From an uncultured Pseudomonadota bacterium (GTDB lineage: Bacteria > Oederibacteriota > Muellerivitia > Muellerivitales > Muellerivitaceae), in NCBI GenBank assembly GCA_963843375.1, contig CAWJKT010000004.1, forward strand, positions 352,001-416,000: 64,000 nt of DNA, in the 5' to 3' direction. Positions 20,409 to 30,638 of this stretch are shown here, in pieces (the stretch's first letter is position 1; each line of letters begins with the position of its first letter). Below the pieces are notes generated by a model. The model saw only the letters and a list, made by a program, of their open reading frames with translations, ran no database searches and was not told the origin of the DNA. The position numbers were made by a program, and so were the translations under genes.

Positions 20409-21833
20409 TTAAGTCTTTTTCTTTGGGGCGGCGGAAGTTTGGTAATCCATCATCTCGCCAACCTTGTTCCTCGAGAGTTTCCCCATGAGATGCAGCCCTT
20501 CCAGTACGAATTCCACGCAGGAGGACTGGTAGGGATCGGAGCCTTTTTCGCTTAAATGCTGGACCGGCTCCCAAATTTGGGGGAGCTGGGAAATGATTTT
20601 CTTATAATCGGCTGCGGGGGTCAGGTCCGACACGCGGATATGCTTTTCCCCGGCCATATCCGGGACTACCAGGTCCAAATGGTCTTTCTCCATGTGTTCC
20701 TTGAAGACCACCATGACGGCCTTGTCCATGATTTTTCCAAAAACCTGATGTTCCGTGACGGTCTCCTCGCGGAAGGGATCGAGCTCAATTTTGCCTGAGG
20801 AAGAGGTGTAGAGGTAATTCAAATCCGACATGCGGGGAACGGCCTCGGTTTCACCCAGAATGCAAGCCCGACGCCGGGAGTTCGCGATCATCGTTTCATA
20901 ATTGGCGATGGAAAGTCGGGCCGAAACTCCCGACTTCTGGTTCACATAGGGACTCTTGCGGGCTTCAATGGTTATTTGCTCGATGATTTCAGTCATGAAG
21001 TCGGGGACTGTCAGAGTGACCTCGTCGTTTCTGGGGACTCGGGCTTCCTGGTGGATGATCTTGATCCCCAACTCGCGGTTCAAGGGATAGTGGGTGCGGA
21101 TCTCGGCGCCGATACGGTCCTTGAGCTGGGTGATGATCTTGCCCGCCCTGGTATATTCCTCGGGGTTGGCGGTAAAGAGGAGGAGAATGTCGAGGTTGAA
21201 CCGGATGGGATAACCCCTCACTTGGATATCCCGTTCCTCCAAAATATTAAAGAGCGCCACCTGCACCAAATATTCCAAGTCCGGCAATTCGTTCACGGCG
21301 AAAATGCCGCGGTTCATACGGGGAATAAGGCCGAAGTGGATGGCTTCCTCACTCGCCAACGGATTGCCCGCCGCTACTTTGGCGGGATCCAGGTCGCCGA
21401 TCAAGTCCGCGATCTTGGTTCCGGGGGAAAGACGCTCGGCATAACGTTCATCCCTTCCGATCCAGGCGATTTCCAGGTTTTCCCCGTGTTCGGCCAGCTT
21501 CTTGCGACAGGAGGCGCAGATGGGATGGTAGGGATGGTCGTGGATTTCACAGCCCTTGACGATGGGCATTTCCTCGTCCAAAAACTGCATCAGGGACCGC
21601 ATGATGCGGCTCTTGGCCTGGCCCTTCTCGCCCAAAAGGACAATATCATGGTGGGAAAGAATCGCGTTGGTCAATTGAGGCAGCACGGTCTCTTCAAAAC
21701 CATGGATATGGGGAAAAAGGGGCCCGCCGGAACGGATCTTTTTCAAAAGATTCCGCTCCAGTTCTTCCTTCACGGTGAAATCGCCATAGCCGGAAGCGCG
21801 CAATTCCTTCAAGTTCATCGGTTTGGGCGGCAT
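20409..21833 (-). CDS. AAA+ ATPase of the ChlI/Mg-chelatase-like family (Rv0958-like)
   Basis: Walker A variant GEKGQAKS, ADLIGDLDP, Walker B-like FAVNELPDL, TANPEEYT and LKDRIG arginine finger. Confidence 0.85.
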   Translation of the reverse strand: MPPKPMNLKELRASGYGDFTVKEELERNLLKKIRSGGPLFPHIHGFEETVLPQLTNAILSHHDIVLLGEKGQAKSRIMRSLMQFLDEEMPIVKGCEIHDHPYHPICASCRKKLAEHGENLEIAWIGRDERYAERLSPGTKIADLIGDLDPAKVAAGNPLASEEAIHFGLIPRMNRGIFAVNELPDLEYLVQVALFNILEERDIQVRGYPIRFNLDILLLFTANPEEYTRAGKIITQLKDRIGAEIRTHYPLNRELGIKIIHQEARVPRNDEVTLTVPDFMTEIIEQITIEARKSPYVNQKSGVSARLSIANYETMIANSRRRACILGETEAVPRMSDLNYLYTSSSGKIELDPFREETVTEHQVFGKIMDKAVMVVFKEHMEKDHLDLVVPDMAGEKHIRVSDLTPAADYKKIISQLPQIWEPVQHLSEKGSDPYQSSCVEFVLEGLHLMGKLSRNKVGEMMDYQTSAAPKKKT

Positions 21834-21900
21834 GAAAATCCCTTCAATTGGTTTGATATCTTTTCATCTTACGGGTTTAAAAGCACTGGATTCAAGGGCA

Positions 21901-23772
21901 CTAGGGCGTAAAAAGGTTAAGCGAGTTGTAAATACCCCAAATTCCCAAAAGCGAAGGATGGCGGTTGGAAGGGTCGTCCGAGAGGTGCCGTAATCGCAGG
22001 CCGCCCTTTGCCAGGACGGGGCTTGCCAAGAAGGGCTTCCTCGCCAATTCAAGGATATTGCCTGATCTTCCCAGAAGAAAGGTGGGATTTCGAGAAAGAT
22101 AAAAATGGTGAAAGGGTCCGTCGAAATAAGAAAATGCCACGGGAAATTTGTTCCGATTCTTGATCACGATTTCCGAGGTCGAAAAAATGATGCGGGCGAA
22201 GTGGTCGGGGAAATTCATGGAGGAGGCGGTGAGGCCAAGGTCCGGGAAAAGCCATTCGGTTTGGTCGGCCCCCCAGGTTTCGAAAAGAGTGAAGGCGGGG
22301 ATCATGCGCACGTCCGGCCGCTGGTACAAGACATTTTGGAGGTAGTAGAGGCTGAAATAATCCTCGTCCGCTTCGGCAAAAAAGACCGAATGGGGGGGGG
22401 TGGATTTAAGGAGGTTCTCGCCGTAGTCGTAGGAGAGGGTTTGCTTTTCCTGGTTTAACTGGTCGAACTCCTTGAATGCCATCAAAAGCGGAATGGCTCC
22501 CAAAAGCAGAAAGGCCAGGGGCGCCACCCTGGAGGCGGAACGGTAAAGCCGGGAAAGAAGAAAAAACATTCCCACCGCAGCCAGAAGGGCCAGAATCCAA
22601 TCTCCCGGGATGAGGAAATTATCCAGCATCCAAGTGGAGTTTGAGTTGTCCGGAATCCTTAAAGCCGTGAGCAAGGCTCCCAGAAGACTGGCGAGGCAAA
22701 GAAGCAGGAATAAAAGAAGTCTCTTTTCGCGTAAGCGAAGCCAAACCAAGAGTCCCGGAACTGTCAAAATCAGAGGCAAGAGTCCGGTGTTGACCAGAAG
22801 ATGGCTTAAAATGGGACGACCCTGGATTTTCAAGATGAGTCGAAATAAATCGGTGAATTGACCCCAGGTGGAATTACCCCCGTAGAAATTGTCCAGTAGG
22901 TTCACGAGGCTGGTTTCCCGAAAAGAAACGTAGCTTCTGGAAAGGTCCGCGATAAAAAGGGAAAAGGAGCCCGGGGCTCCCAGGTTCAAAACCGGATGGG
23001 CTTGGGAGCGGAGGGGCAGATAAAGCAGGGGGGACAGGGCCAAAATAAAAAAGGAAAAGTATTTGAGAATGGAAGCGGACCGATAGAAATTCGATTTTTC
23101 GCCCAGGGGCAGGAAATTGAACAAAAGAAAAGCGGGCAAGAAGACCATTTGGGTTTCCCAATGATTCGCAAAACCCAAGCCTAAAAGAAAAAAAGAAAGA
23201 AAAATCCAAGGTGGTTTTGGTGAGAATATCGGGAAAGCTTGGCGAAGAATGCATGCGGTAAGGGCTAATTGAAGGCCGACGCTTAGAAGGTAAATTCCTC
23301 CCTTGGCGCCCAGGGCGTTTCGCCAATAGGCGGGTGAAAAAGCCAAAAGGAGCGAACCCCAAAGGGCGCAAAAAAGAAGAAGCTTTTCATCCGGGAACTT
23401 GTCTTCCCAAAGGGATTTCAAGGTGAAATGGATAATCCAAGCCAGCAAGACGACCGAAATGGAACCCCATAAGGCCGATCCCACATTAACTCGAAAACAG
23501 GGGTTGCCAACAGGCAAAAGGAAGAAGACCTTCCCCCAGAGGGCCGCGAGTGCGTAACCGGGCGGATGCTGGAGCCCCAAGGTGGCGCCGGCGGCCACGG
23601 TTTCCGCCGAATCATCGTTGGGAAAAGCCGGATTCAATGTGCGGAGGTAGATTTCAAAACAACCCAGAAGAAGAACGGCCATCGAAAGGGTTCGGAAGAA
23701 ACGGATGGAAAGGGCTTTTGGAGCGAATTGGGTCAAGGGTTGGGCCTCGTTTAATATTATAACCGGGGACAA
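21901..23772 (-). CDS. DUF2723/TMEM260-like GT-C membrane protein (putative mannosyltransferase)
   Basis: DDSAET..G..LG.QHPPGY, GFANH and YLPLRS motifs; more than 10 TM helices plus a soluble C-terminal domain. Confidence 0.8.
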   Translation of the reverse strand: MSPVIILNEAQPLTQFAPKALSIRFFRTLSMAVLLLGCFEIYLRTLNPAFPNDDSAETVAAGATLGLQHPPGYALAALWGKVFFLLPVGNPCFRVNVGSALWGSISVVLLAWIIHFTLKSLWEDKFPDEKLLLFCALWGSLLLAFSPAYWRNALGAKGGIYLLSVGLQLALTACILRQAFPIFSPKPPWIFLSFFLLGLGFANHWETQMVFLPAFLLFNFLPLGEKSNFYRSASILKYFSFFILALSPLLYLPLRSQAHPVLNLGAPGSFSLFIADLSRSYVSFRETSLVNLLDNFYGGNSTWGQFTDLFRLILKIQGRPILSHLLVNTGLLPLILTVPGLLVWLRLREKRLLLFLLLCLASLLGALLTALRIPDNSNSTWMLDNFLIPGDWILALLAAVGMFFLLSRLYRSASRVAPLAFLLLGAIPLLMAFKEFDQLNQEKQTLSYDYGENLLKSTPPHSVFFAEADEDYFSLYYLQNVLYQRPDVRMIPAFTLFETWGADQTEWLFPDLGLTASSMNFPDHFARIIFSTSEIVIKNRNKFPVAFSYFDGPFHHFYLSRNPTFLLGRSGNILELARKPFLASPVLAKGGLRLRHLSDDPSNRHPSLLGIWGIYNSLNLFTP

Positions 23773-23877
23773 AGTAAAAGAGTTTTCCGAATCCTTGGAA
23801 CGGGAAAGGGCTTTTGGGTTAAAATAAGCCAGCCCTACTCCTCAGCGACAACCCAATAACCATAAAAAAGAGAATCC

Positions 23878-25485
23878 ATGCCCGAACTGATCGAAACTCC
23901 TCAAAAAACTTTTATCTCCTCCGAACCCAAAGTTACCCTTGTTAATACCTTCCACCAGCCTTTCGACAACGCGGTGGCCACCGCTCGCACCTGTTATTCC
24001 AGCAAGGGCATTATCACTGCGGGCCAGGTATCGGGAGAAGGACTGGACGAGGAAAAACAGGAAGACCGCCACCAGAAACGCGACGAATTGGCCCGCTCCA
24101 TTTACAAAGCGGGGCACCATACCACGCTCCAACACGCCCATTTCCAATTCGCCCTCGAAAATGTTTCACGGCAATTCATTTGGAGTTTTCTGCACAGCCA
24201 CCCCTTTTATAATTCCGAGCAGGTATCCCAACGCTACGTGACGGTGAATCCCACCCAGATGGCCGTACCCCCCTTAGACCGTGAAGCGGCCAAGGTTTAC
24301 CTTAGGACCATCGCTCTTCAAACTCAGGCTTATGAAGAGTTGACCGAATCCCTGAAGCCGTTGGTCGAACAGGAATACCTTTCCCGGTTCAAGCATGCGG
24401 ACCCCAAGGGCAAAAAGGTCCTTATGGCAGTCCAAAAGAAATCCCAGGAAGTCGCACGGTACGTACTACCGGTGGCCACCTTTGCTTATCTATACCACAC
24501 GATATCGGGGTTGACCCTTCTTCGTTATTGGCGTCTTTGCCAAACCTTTGACGCCCCGTTGGAGCAGCGGTTGGTGGTTGGCAAGATGGTGGAAGCGGTC
24601 TTAAAAGAAGCCCCCGCCTATAAGGCGATTATGGAACAACCTCTAGCCTTTGAATCCACCGCTGAGGCGAAAATGTACGAGGAGTTCCACGCCACCACCG
24701 CCACCCACAAAATTTTCCGCCAGGAGTTCGACGCTTCTCTCGGTGGCCGCACCTCCAAGCTGGTGGATTATTCCAAAGAGGGGGAAAAGATGCTGGCTTC
24801 GGCGGTGCGGGAGGTGTTCGGATTGCCGGCATCCGCTCTTTCCGACGACGAGGCAATCATTTTGGCGCTGGATCCCTCCAAAAACAAATACCTGGGGGAA
24901 ACCCTGAATGTGACCACCCACAGCAAACTTTCCCGGGCCCTTTTCCATCCCCATTACACCTTCCGCAAGAAAATTTCCCATACCGGGGATTCCCAAGACC
25001 AGCGGCACCGCATGACGCCCGCTTCCCGCCCCATCCTTCACGCCCTCACCCTGGACGAGCCGGATTACCTGGTTCCCGTCCTTTTTAAACAAGATAGGGA
25101 ATTGGAAAGACGCTTCGCCGAAGTCATGGACCAGAGCTGGGAAGCCATCGTCCAACTCCGCAAGATGGGCGTCTCCGAGGAGTTTGCGGCTTACTTACTG
25201 CCTAACGCGGTATCGGTGCGATTCACCGAATCGGCGGATCTTTTGAACCTGCACCACAAGCACGCAATGCGGCTTTGCTATAACGCCCAGGAGGAAATCT
25301 GGCAGGCCTCAGTGGACGAAGCCCAGCAGGTGAGGGAAATCCATCCCCGAATCGGGAAGTGGCTTTTGCCGCCTTGTACCCTTCGGGCTTTCGCTGGAAC
25401 TCTGCCCAAATGCCCTGAAGGGGATCGTTTCTGCGGCGTCGTCGTTTGGAAAAAAGACCTGAACGAATACCAAAGAGTTATTTAA
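23878..25485 (+). CDS. thyX: FAD-dependent thymidylate synthase, tandem two-domain form
   Basis: N-half has GHHTTLQH, VSR, SEQVSQRY and EVARYVLP. C-half has QRHR, AAYLLPNA and RLCYNAQEEI. At 535 aa it is about twice the length of a typical ThyX. Confidence 0.8.
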   Translation: MPELIETPQKTFISSEPKVTLVNTFHQPFDNAVATARTCYSSKGIITAGQVSGEGLDEEKQEDRHQKRDELARSIYKAGHHTTLQHAHFQFALENVSRQFIWSFLHSHPFYNSEQVSQRYVTVNPTQMAVPPLDREAAKVYLRTIALQTQAYEELTESLKPLVEQEYLSRFKHADPKGKKVLMAVQKKSQEVARYVLPVATFAYLYHTISGLTLLRYWRLCQTFDAPLEQRLVVGKMVEAVLKEAPAYKAIMEQPLAFESTAEAKMYEEFHATTATHKIFRQEFDASLGGRTSKLVDYSKEGEKMLASAVREVFGLPASALSDDEAIILALDPSKNKYLGETLNVTTHSKLSRALFHPHYTFRKKISHTGDSQDQRHRMTPASRPILHALTLDEPDYLVPVLFKQDRELERRFAEVMDQSWEAIVQLRKMGVSEEFAAYLLPNAVSVRFTESADLLNLHHKHAMRLCYNAQEEIWQASVDEAQQVREIHPRIGKWLLPPCTLRAFAGTLPKCPEGDRFCGVVVWKKDLNEYQRVI

Positions 25486-25537
25486 AAGCCGTTTCAGCCG
25501 TCCAATCTGGGCTTCTGCTTTTGGCGGGGAGGCTAAA

Positions 25538-26041
25538 ATGAATTATCGCTTTTCTCAAGTCCTCTGGGTCCCAGGCTTTCTTTTGATGATGGGGCTTCAT
25601 TCCGCCTTCGCCCAAACCAAGAACCCCCCCATGCTCCTGCTGGCAGCCTCTCCCAACCAGGCCGTCCTGGTCCAGGCCCTGCGGTTTTGGGTCTATGAGA
25701 AAAGCACTGACGTGGTGAATGATGTGACCGGGCTTTTTGACAGCAAGGCCCAGAAAATTACCCTGAAGTGCGAATTGAAAAATCTCACAGGCAAAGAAAT
25801 CCATGGAGTCCGGGGCATTCTGCGGTTTACGACTTTCTTCGGAGAGAAGATCGTGGATATTTCCATTGAAACTACCGCCGCCATTCCCCCCGGACAAGTG
25901 ATCGGGGTAAATTGGAATATTCCCACTGACCGTTTGAGTCCTGAGGAATTTGAAAAACTAAAAAAGACGAAGTTGGAACAGATGAAACAGGTTTGGTATC
26001 CCTCCATGATCGTTTTCACGGACGGGACCAGCCTTAAATAA
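25538..26041 (+). CDS. Exported hypothetical protein (Ig-like beta domain)
   Basis: Signal peptide ending AFA|Q; KNLTGKEI.GVRG and IVFTDG segments. Confidence 0.6.
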   Translation: MNYRFSQVLWVPGFLLMMGLHSAFAQTKNPPMLLLAASPNQAVLVQALRFWVYEKSTDVVNDVTGLFDSKAQKITLKCELKNLTGKEIHGVRGILRFTTFFGEKIVDISIETTAAIPPGQVIGVNWNIPTDRLSPEEFEKLKKTKLEQMKQVWYPSMIVFTDGTSLK

Positions 26042-26143
26042 AAACTCCCGGCCTCGATTTAGCTCCGATTTTCGCCCTTAAAAAAAGAGGCCTCCAATTC
26101 AATCGAGGTTGAATTGCGCAAATCTGGGGTTAAGATGTGCCCC

Positions 26144-26872
26144 ATGAAACCCAACCGGCTTGTTTTATTCGACATTGACGGCACCATCCTCTCCACCGAT
26201 CGCGCCATTTGGGAAGACCCCTTCCGCGAGGGAATGGAGACGGCATTCAGGGAAGCGGGGGACCCCCGGACTATCGATACCCAGCATTACCGGATGGGAG
26301 GCAAAACCGACACCCAGATCATCCATGAAATCCTAGGGCAAAACGGCCTGGATGAACCCATCATCACAAAGATGCTGCCAATCATCGCCAAAACCTACAT
26401 GGGCCTATTGCGGGAAAAGGTGAAGAAGAGGCCGGATTACATTAAGCTCAAGCCGGGAATTGAAGCGCTTTTGGCTGATCTTCATCAACATCCCGATGTC
26501 CTGTTGGGCCTCCTGACGGGCAATTTCGAGGAAGGCGCCTACCTCAAGCTCTCCGCCCATGGGCTGGACCGCTATTTCTCTTTCGGGGCTTTCGGCGAGA
26601 ATGCCCGGCAAAGGTCCGAACTCCCCCAAAGGGCTTTGGATGCCGCTGAAAAAAAGTATGGCCACAAATTTTCTAAAAAAGAAATCGTCATCATTGGGGA
26701 CACTCCCAATGACATCCACTGCGGCCGCCATCTTCATGTGCGCACTATCGCGGTGGCCACCGGGCCATATAACCTGGAACAGCTTTCCCTGGAGAAACCG
26801 GACTTTGTTTTTGCCGATTTCCGTGACAAGGCCAGGGTTCTTTCCGCTATTTTGGATATATTTCCTCAATAA
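26144..26872 (+). CDS. HAD-superfamily hydrolase (phosphoglycolate phosphatase-like)
   Basis: FDIDGT (motif I), LLTGN (motif II) and IGDTPND (motif IV). Confidence 0.9.
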   Translation: MKPNRLVLFDIDGTILSTDRAIWEDPFREGMETAFREAGDPRTIDTQHYRMGGKTDTQIIHEILGQNGLDEPIITKMLPIIAKTYMGLLREKVKKRPDYIKLKPGIEALLADLHQHPDVLLGLLTGNFEEGAYLKLSAHGLDRYFSFGAFGENARQRSELPQRALDAAEKKYGHKFSKKEIVIIGDTPNDIHCGRHLHVRTIAVATGPYNLEQLSLEKPDFVFADFRDKARVLSAILDIFPQ

Positions 26873-26970
26873 TCCTCCGTAACCTAAAAAGTAATTTTTT
26901 TTGTAACCTTCCGGGGTTGACCCTCTATTCAATTACAGCGTCATTTCGCATGTAAAATTTGGAGGGTTTC

Positions 26971-27637
26971 ATGAAAAAAGCATCGTTGTTTACTGTTGTT
27001 TTATTATTTGTTACTGTTTCAGCCATTCTTACCGGATGCCCCCGAAGTACCTATAATCCTTCCTCTCCCTATTTAGCGACCAATACCTTTACCGCGACCC
27101 CTACGGCCACGGGGCCCACTTTCACGGTCACCTCTACTCCAACCCTACGGCTACGGCGACTATCACGAATACGCCAACTGTTACGTCTACGGCCACGATC
27201 ACAAACACTCCCACGATTACTTCGACTTTCACTTTTACGGGTACTCCTACTAACACCGCGACCATACGCCCACCTCGACGCCCGTCACCATTACGGTTTC
27301 ACCGCGTCCCATCGTTAGATTCCAGGATATATTTATACGGTGAACGGGGTATCCAACAGCTCCGGCGGCCTGCTTGTTCTGACCGCCCATGTGGGAGATA
27401 CCATCGTGTGGCCGCTTCAACCCGGATTCTGGGTTTCATCCATTGTATTTCGATGCGGGAAGCAGCAGCTGCATCTATTCGGGCATCACCAGTACCCAGG
27501 AAACTTATACATTCACTTCCACTGGAACTTATTATTTTCACTGTGGAAACCACGCAAACAGCTGCAGCGCTGGGGATGGGGCTTGTGGTTCGACCAATTG
27601 CAATGGCATGGCAGGGGTTATTACCGTTTCCCCTTAA
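26971..27637 (+). CDS. Lipoprotein with Thr-rich linker and C-terminal cupredoxin (blue copper) domain, several frameshifts
   Basis: GGAGG SD, lipobox LTGC, (T-x)n linker, VGDTIVW, GFHPL and GTYYFHCGNH...GMAGVITV. The pieces lie in ORFs 26959, 27340 and 27389. Confidence 0.7.
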
Positions 27638-27654
27638 TCCGCCCTTTCTGGTTT

Positions 27655-27690
27655 AAGGCCTCCGTTCCACTCTCCCGGGGGCCTTTTTTA
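27655..27690 (+). terminator. Rho-independent terminator
   Basis: AAGGCCTCCG...CGGGGGCCTT hairpin followed by a T-run just after the cupredoxin stop codon. Confidence 0.6.
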
Positions 27691-27796
27691 TTTACGGTTC
27701 AGGCCCTACTCCCAAAAAATTGATTTTTACATGGCGACCTTTTTGCCATGCCGGTGATATATTTGGGCCTTCTTAATTCAACCAAAGAGGCTTTCC

Positions 27797-28630
27797 ATGA
27801 CCACCCATATCCGCTTGGCCCACAGCCCGGACGCCGACGACGCCTTCATGTTTTACGGACTGGCCAAGAACAAGATCGACACCGAAGGCATCGAGTATGA
27901 GCACGTCCTGAAGGATATCCAGACCCTCAACGAATGGGCGCGGGAAGGCCGCATGGAAGTGACCGCCATCTCAGCCCACGCCTATGCCTATGTGAAGGAT
28001 AAATACGCCATCCTGACCCATGGGGGAAGCATCGGGAAGAACTATGGCCCCATGATCGTGGCCAAGGAAGACAAGCCCATTGAAAGCTTCCAAGGAAAGA
28101 AGATCGCCATTCCGGGAAAACTCACCAGCGCCTACCTGGCTTTCAAGCTTTGCCTGCCCGATTTCCAGGAAGTAATGGTCCATTTCGACGAGATCATGGA
28201 GGAAGTCGTGAAGGGAAATGTGGACGCGGGTCTCATCATCCACGAGGGCCAATTGACCTACCGGGAAAAGGGATTACACAAGATCATCGACTTGGGGGAA
28301 TGGTGGTTCAAAAAAATGGGAATGGTCTTGCCCATGGGGGTCAACGCCATCCGACGGGATTTGCCTGATGAGGTGAAGAAAAAAGTTTCCGGCCAATTGA
28401 AAGAATCCATCCAATACTCGCTTGACCACCGGGAAGCTGCCCTGGATTACGCCTTGGCCTTCGGGCGCGGCCTTTCCAAAGAAGTGGCCGACAAGTTCGT
28501 TGGGATGTGGGTCAACGACCGCACGGTGGACATGGGAGATGAAGGCAAACAAGCCATTCGGGAGTTTCTCAAACAGGGCGAACAGAAAAAACTTATTCCC
28601 GTTGTCGGCGAAATCGAATTCGTCAACTGA
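27797..28630 (+). CDS. mqnD: MqnA/MqnD family protein, likely 1,4-dihydroxy-6-naphthoate synthase (futalosine menaquinone pathway)
   Basis: HSPDADDAFMFY, DIQTLNE, YGP, AIPG.LTSA, GLIIHEG and DLGEWW motifs. Confidence 0.85.
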   Translation: MTTHIRLAHSPDADDAFMFYGLAKNKIDTEGIEYEHVLKDIQTLNEWAREGRMEVTAISAHAYAYVKDKYAILTHGGSIGKNYGPMIVAKEDKPIESFQGKKIAIPGKLTSAYLAFKLCLPDFQEVMVHFDEIMEEVVKGNVDAGLIIHEGQLTYREKGLHKIIDLGEWWFKKMGMVLPMGVNAIRRDLPDEVKKKVSGQLKESIQYSLDHREAALDYALAFGRGLSKEVADKFVGMWVNDRTVDMGDEGKQAIREFLKQGEQKKLIPVVGEIEFVN

Positions 28631-28645
28631 ACCATCGGGGGTTCC

Positions 28646-28981
28646 TTGAAATCGAAAAACAAGGGCCAATGGCATTTATACGTCGCTGAATGTGTCGACG
28701 GTTCGTATTACACCGGAATCGCCAAAGATGTTGAGAAACGCATCGATGCCCACAATTCGGGAAAAGGAAGCAAATACACCGCCACGCACCGGCCCGTCAA
28801 GTTGGTCTTCCGGGAATCCCAAGCCAATTACTCGGCTGCACTCCGGCGCGAGTATCAAATCAAAACCCTTTCTAAAAATCGCAAGGTCCGTTTTGTTGCG
28901 GGGGAGAAGTTGCCAAAACCTTCCCGGAAATCCAAGATGAGTTTTCAAAGGAAAAAAAGCCGGGGGAAATCCAGCCAATAA
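28646..28981 (+). CDS. GIY-YIG nuclease family protein (UPF0213/YazA-like)
   Basis: LY..C.DGSYYTG...D...R...HNSGKGSKYT...RPV...ALRRE..IK motif. Confidence 0.9.
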   Translation: MKSKNKGQWHLYVAECVDGSYYTGIAKDVEKRIDAHNSGKGSKYTATHRPVKLVFRESQANYSAALRREYQIKTLSKNRKVRFVAGEKLPKPSRKSKMSFQRKKSRGKSSQ

Positions 28982-29383
28982 GGAAAACGTTACTGCATTT
29001 CCTTCGTGGAGTTTTTTGCAGAAAAGGACGGAACCATTTCATGGAAATCACACAAAAAATGACTATACTCAAACAAATAGGTTTCCACCCGCAGGTGGCG
29101 GCCCAATTCGGGAAATCCACTCCCAAGTATAAATGCCGATTCTTGGTAAAATGTGGCGATGGACAGGAAACGGCAAAAGCATCAGCAACATGCTGACCTT
29201 GGGGGAGGGTTACAGGTCTGAATGGGCCGTAACCGATGACGGCAAGGACGCTCGGGAAACCCCATTGGCGGTTGAAAAATTTTTTCAACGCCGAGAGGAA
29301 AGCGTGACCTGAGTTTATCCTTGGTGATATAAAAACGGGGATGGGCGTTTTAAGGGCAGGGAAATAAAATCAAGGGGATTGCC

Positions 29384-30582
29384 ATGAAACGAAATGCGCT
29401 ATTAGCTTTTGTATTTTTTTTAATTCCGGCCTTGGCCGTCTGGGCGAGTCATAATAGCGGCGGTGGCGGCCGTTCAGGTGGTTTTGGAGGCAGAGGTTCC
29501 CGGCAACCGGTGGTCATCAATATAGCCGGCCCTCCAGCGGCGGACATAACCGAAACTTCCCTTCCCAGCAGAGTTACCCGTCGGCCAACCGCCAACCATC
29601 CTATGGACGCATTCAAAGGGGCGCCCCGGGTGCCACGAACTCGTTTCGTGGGACAGATTTGAAACCCTACTCAAGCCCCGGCATGCACGCGGCGGTTTCC
29701 ATTCATCACCACCCCTATAGCACGGGTTACGTGCGCAAGAAACTCCAGAATATCGGCGTCAAAAACGAACCCAGCTACATCACCGACCGCGCCGAAATCA
29801 TCCATACTGATCGGGCCCATTCCACCATTGGCTTCCCTCGGATAGGGCCAGATCATAACGCCCTTTCGGCCACGGCCTTTTCCTCCCGGCATTTCAATGA
29901 CCCGATAGTCCGGGGCCACATGGCCCTCGTGGACGGGCCGGAGTGGCGTTCCCGTATCGACGGGTTCAACCGGACCGAATTCGAACGCGGCCGTTATTAC
30001 TGGCACGCCGGCGACGGCTTCAACTATTGCCATTACATCGACGGATCCGGTTACCATTGGTGGGGATGGTACCTGGGGAACCAGTTTTTTTGGAACCGTT
30101 ATTTCGGCGGTCGTTGGTGGTGGTACGATTCGGACTTTGACCGCTGGTGTTTCTGGAACGAAGGCTTCTGGTGGTGGCAAGATCCCTATCATGTGGGTGA
30201 CCTCTACTGCTACAACGACGACACCTATGTCCCCTGCAACTCAGCGGAAGATCAAGTGGTCGTGCAAGGCTCTGCGGGCGTCCAATTCCAGAGCTACACC
30301 AGCCCTGACGGAACACGTCTCGTCAAGGTGGCCGCCGACACTCAGGACGCCTTTCTCTACGACACGGCGAATCCTCCAACATTCAATCCCATTTACCTAG
30401 CATCGGGAGTCGAAAGCGTCCAGTTTTCCAATACCAGCAATGGAAGGCCTTTGGAAATTATCCTGAAGCTCAACGATGGTTCCTTCGACGTGTTGGATGG
30501 GCAGGGAACTCCTTACAGTCCTGGCACCACCGACGACGGCCAGTCCGCCCCGGCCGGCGCTCCAGAGAACAGCGGCACCTAA
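29384..30582 (+). CDS. Secreted protein with Gly-rich N-terminus and Trp-rich aromatic domain, one frameshift near 29500
   Basis: ORF 29384 gives a signal peptide (AVWA|S). The frame of ORF 29659 is open upstream to about 29500 (...GGHQYSRPSSGGHN...). Confidence 0.6.
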
Positions 30583-30610
30583 TACCCAATCGATAAGTCA
30601 GCATTTTTTC

Positions 30611-30638
30611 TGTCCACTCAGGATTTCCTGAGTGGACA
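30611..30638. terminator. Perfect 12-bp hairpin, possible terminator
   Basis: TGTCCACTCAGG-ATTT-CCTGAGTGGACA lies 28 nt after the stop at 30582; there is no clean downstream U-tract. Confidence 0.45.

Noticed and set aside
20976..21911. 311-aa plus-strand ORF, and similarly 48715..49560 on the minus strand
   Set aside because: Antisense shadows of the AAA+ ATPase and moeB genes, with no recognisable motifs.
28646..28981. GIY-YIG gene as a homing or mobile element
   Set aside because: It matches the short housekeeping UPF0213 type and has no flanking repeats or intron context.
28982..29383. Short ORFs (about 50-60 aa) or an ncRNA in this gap
   Set aside because: No convincing SD, protein motif or recognisable RNA structure; left unannotated.
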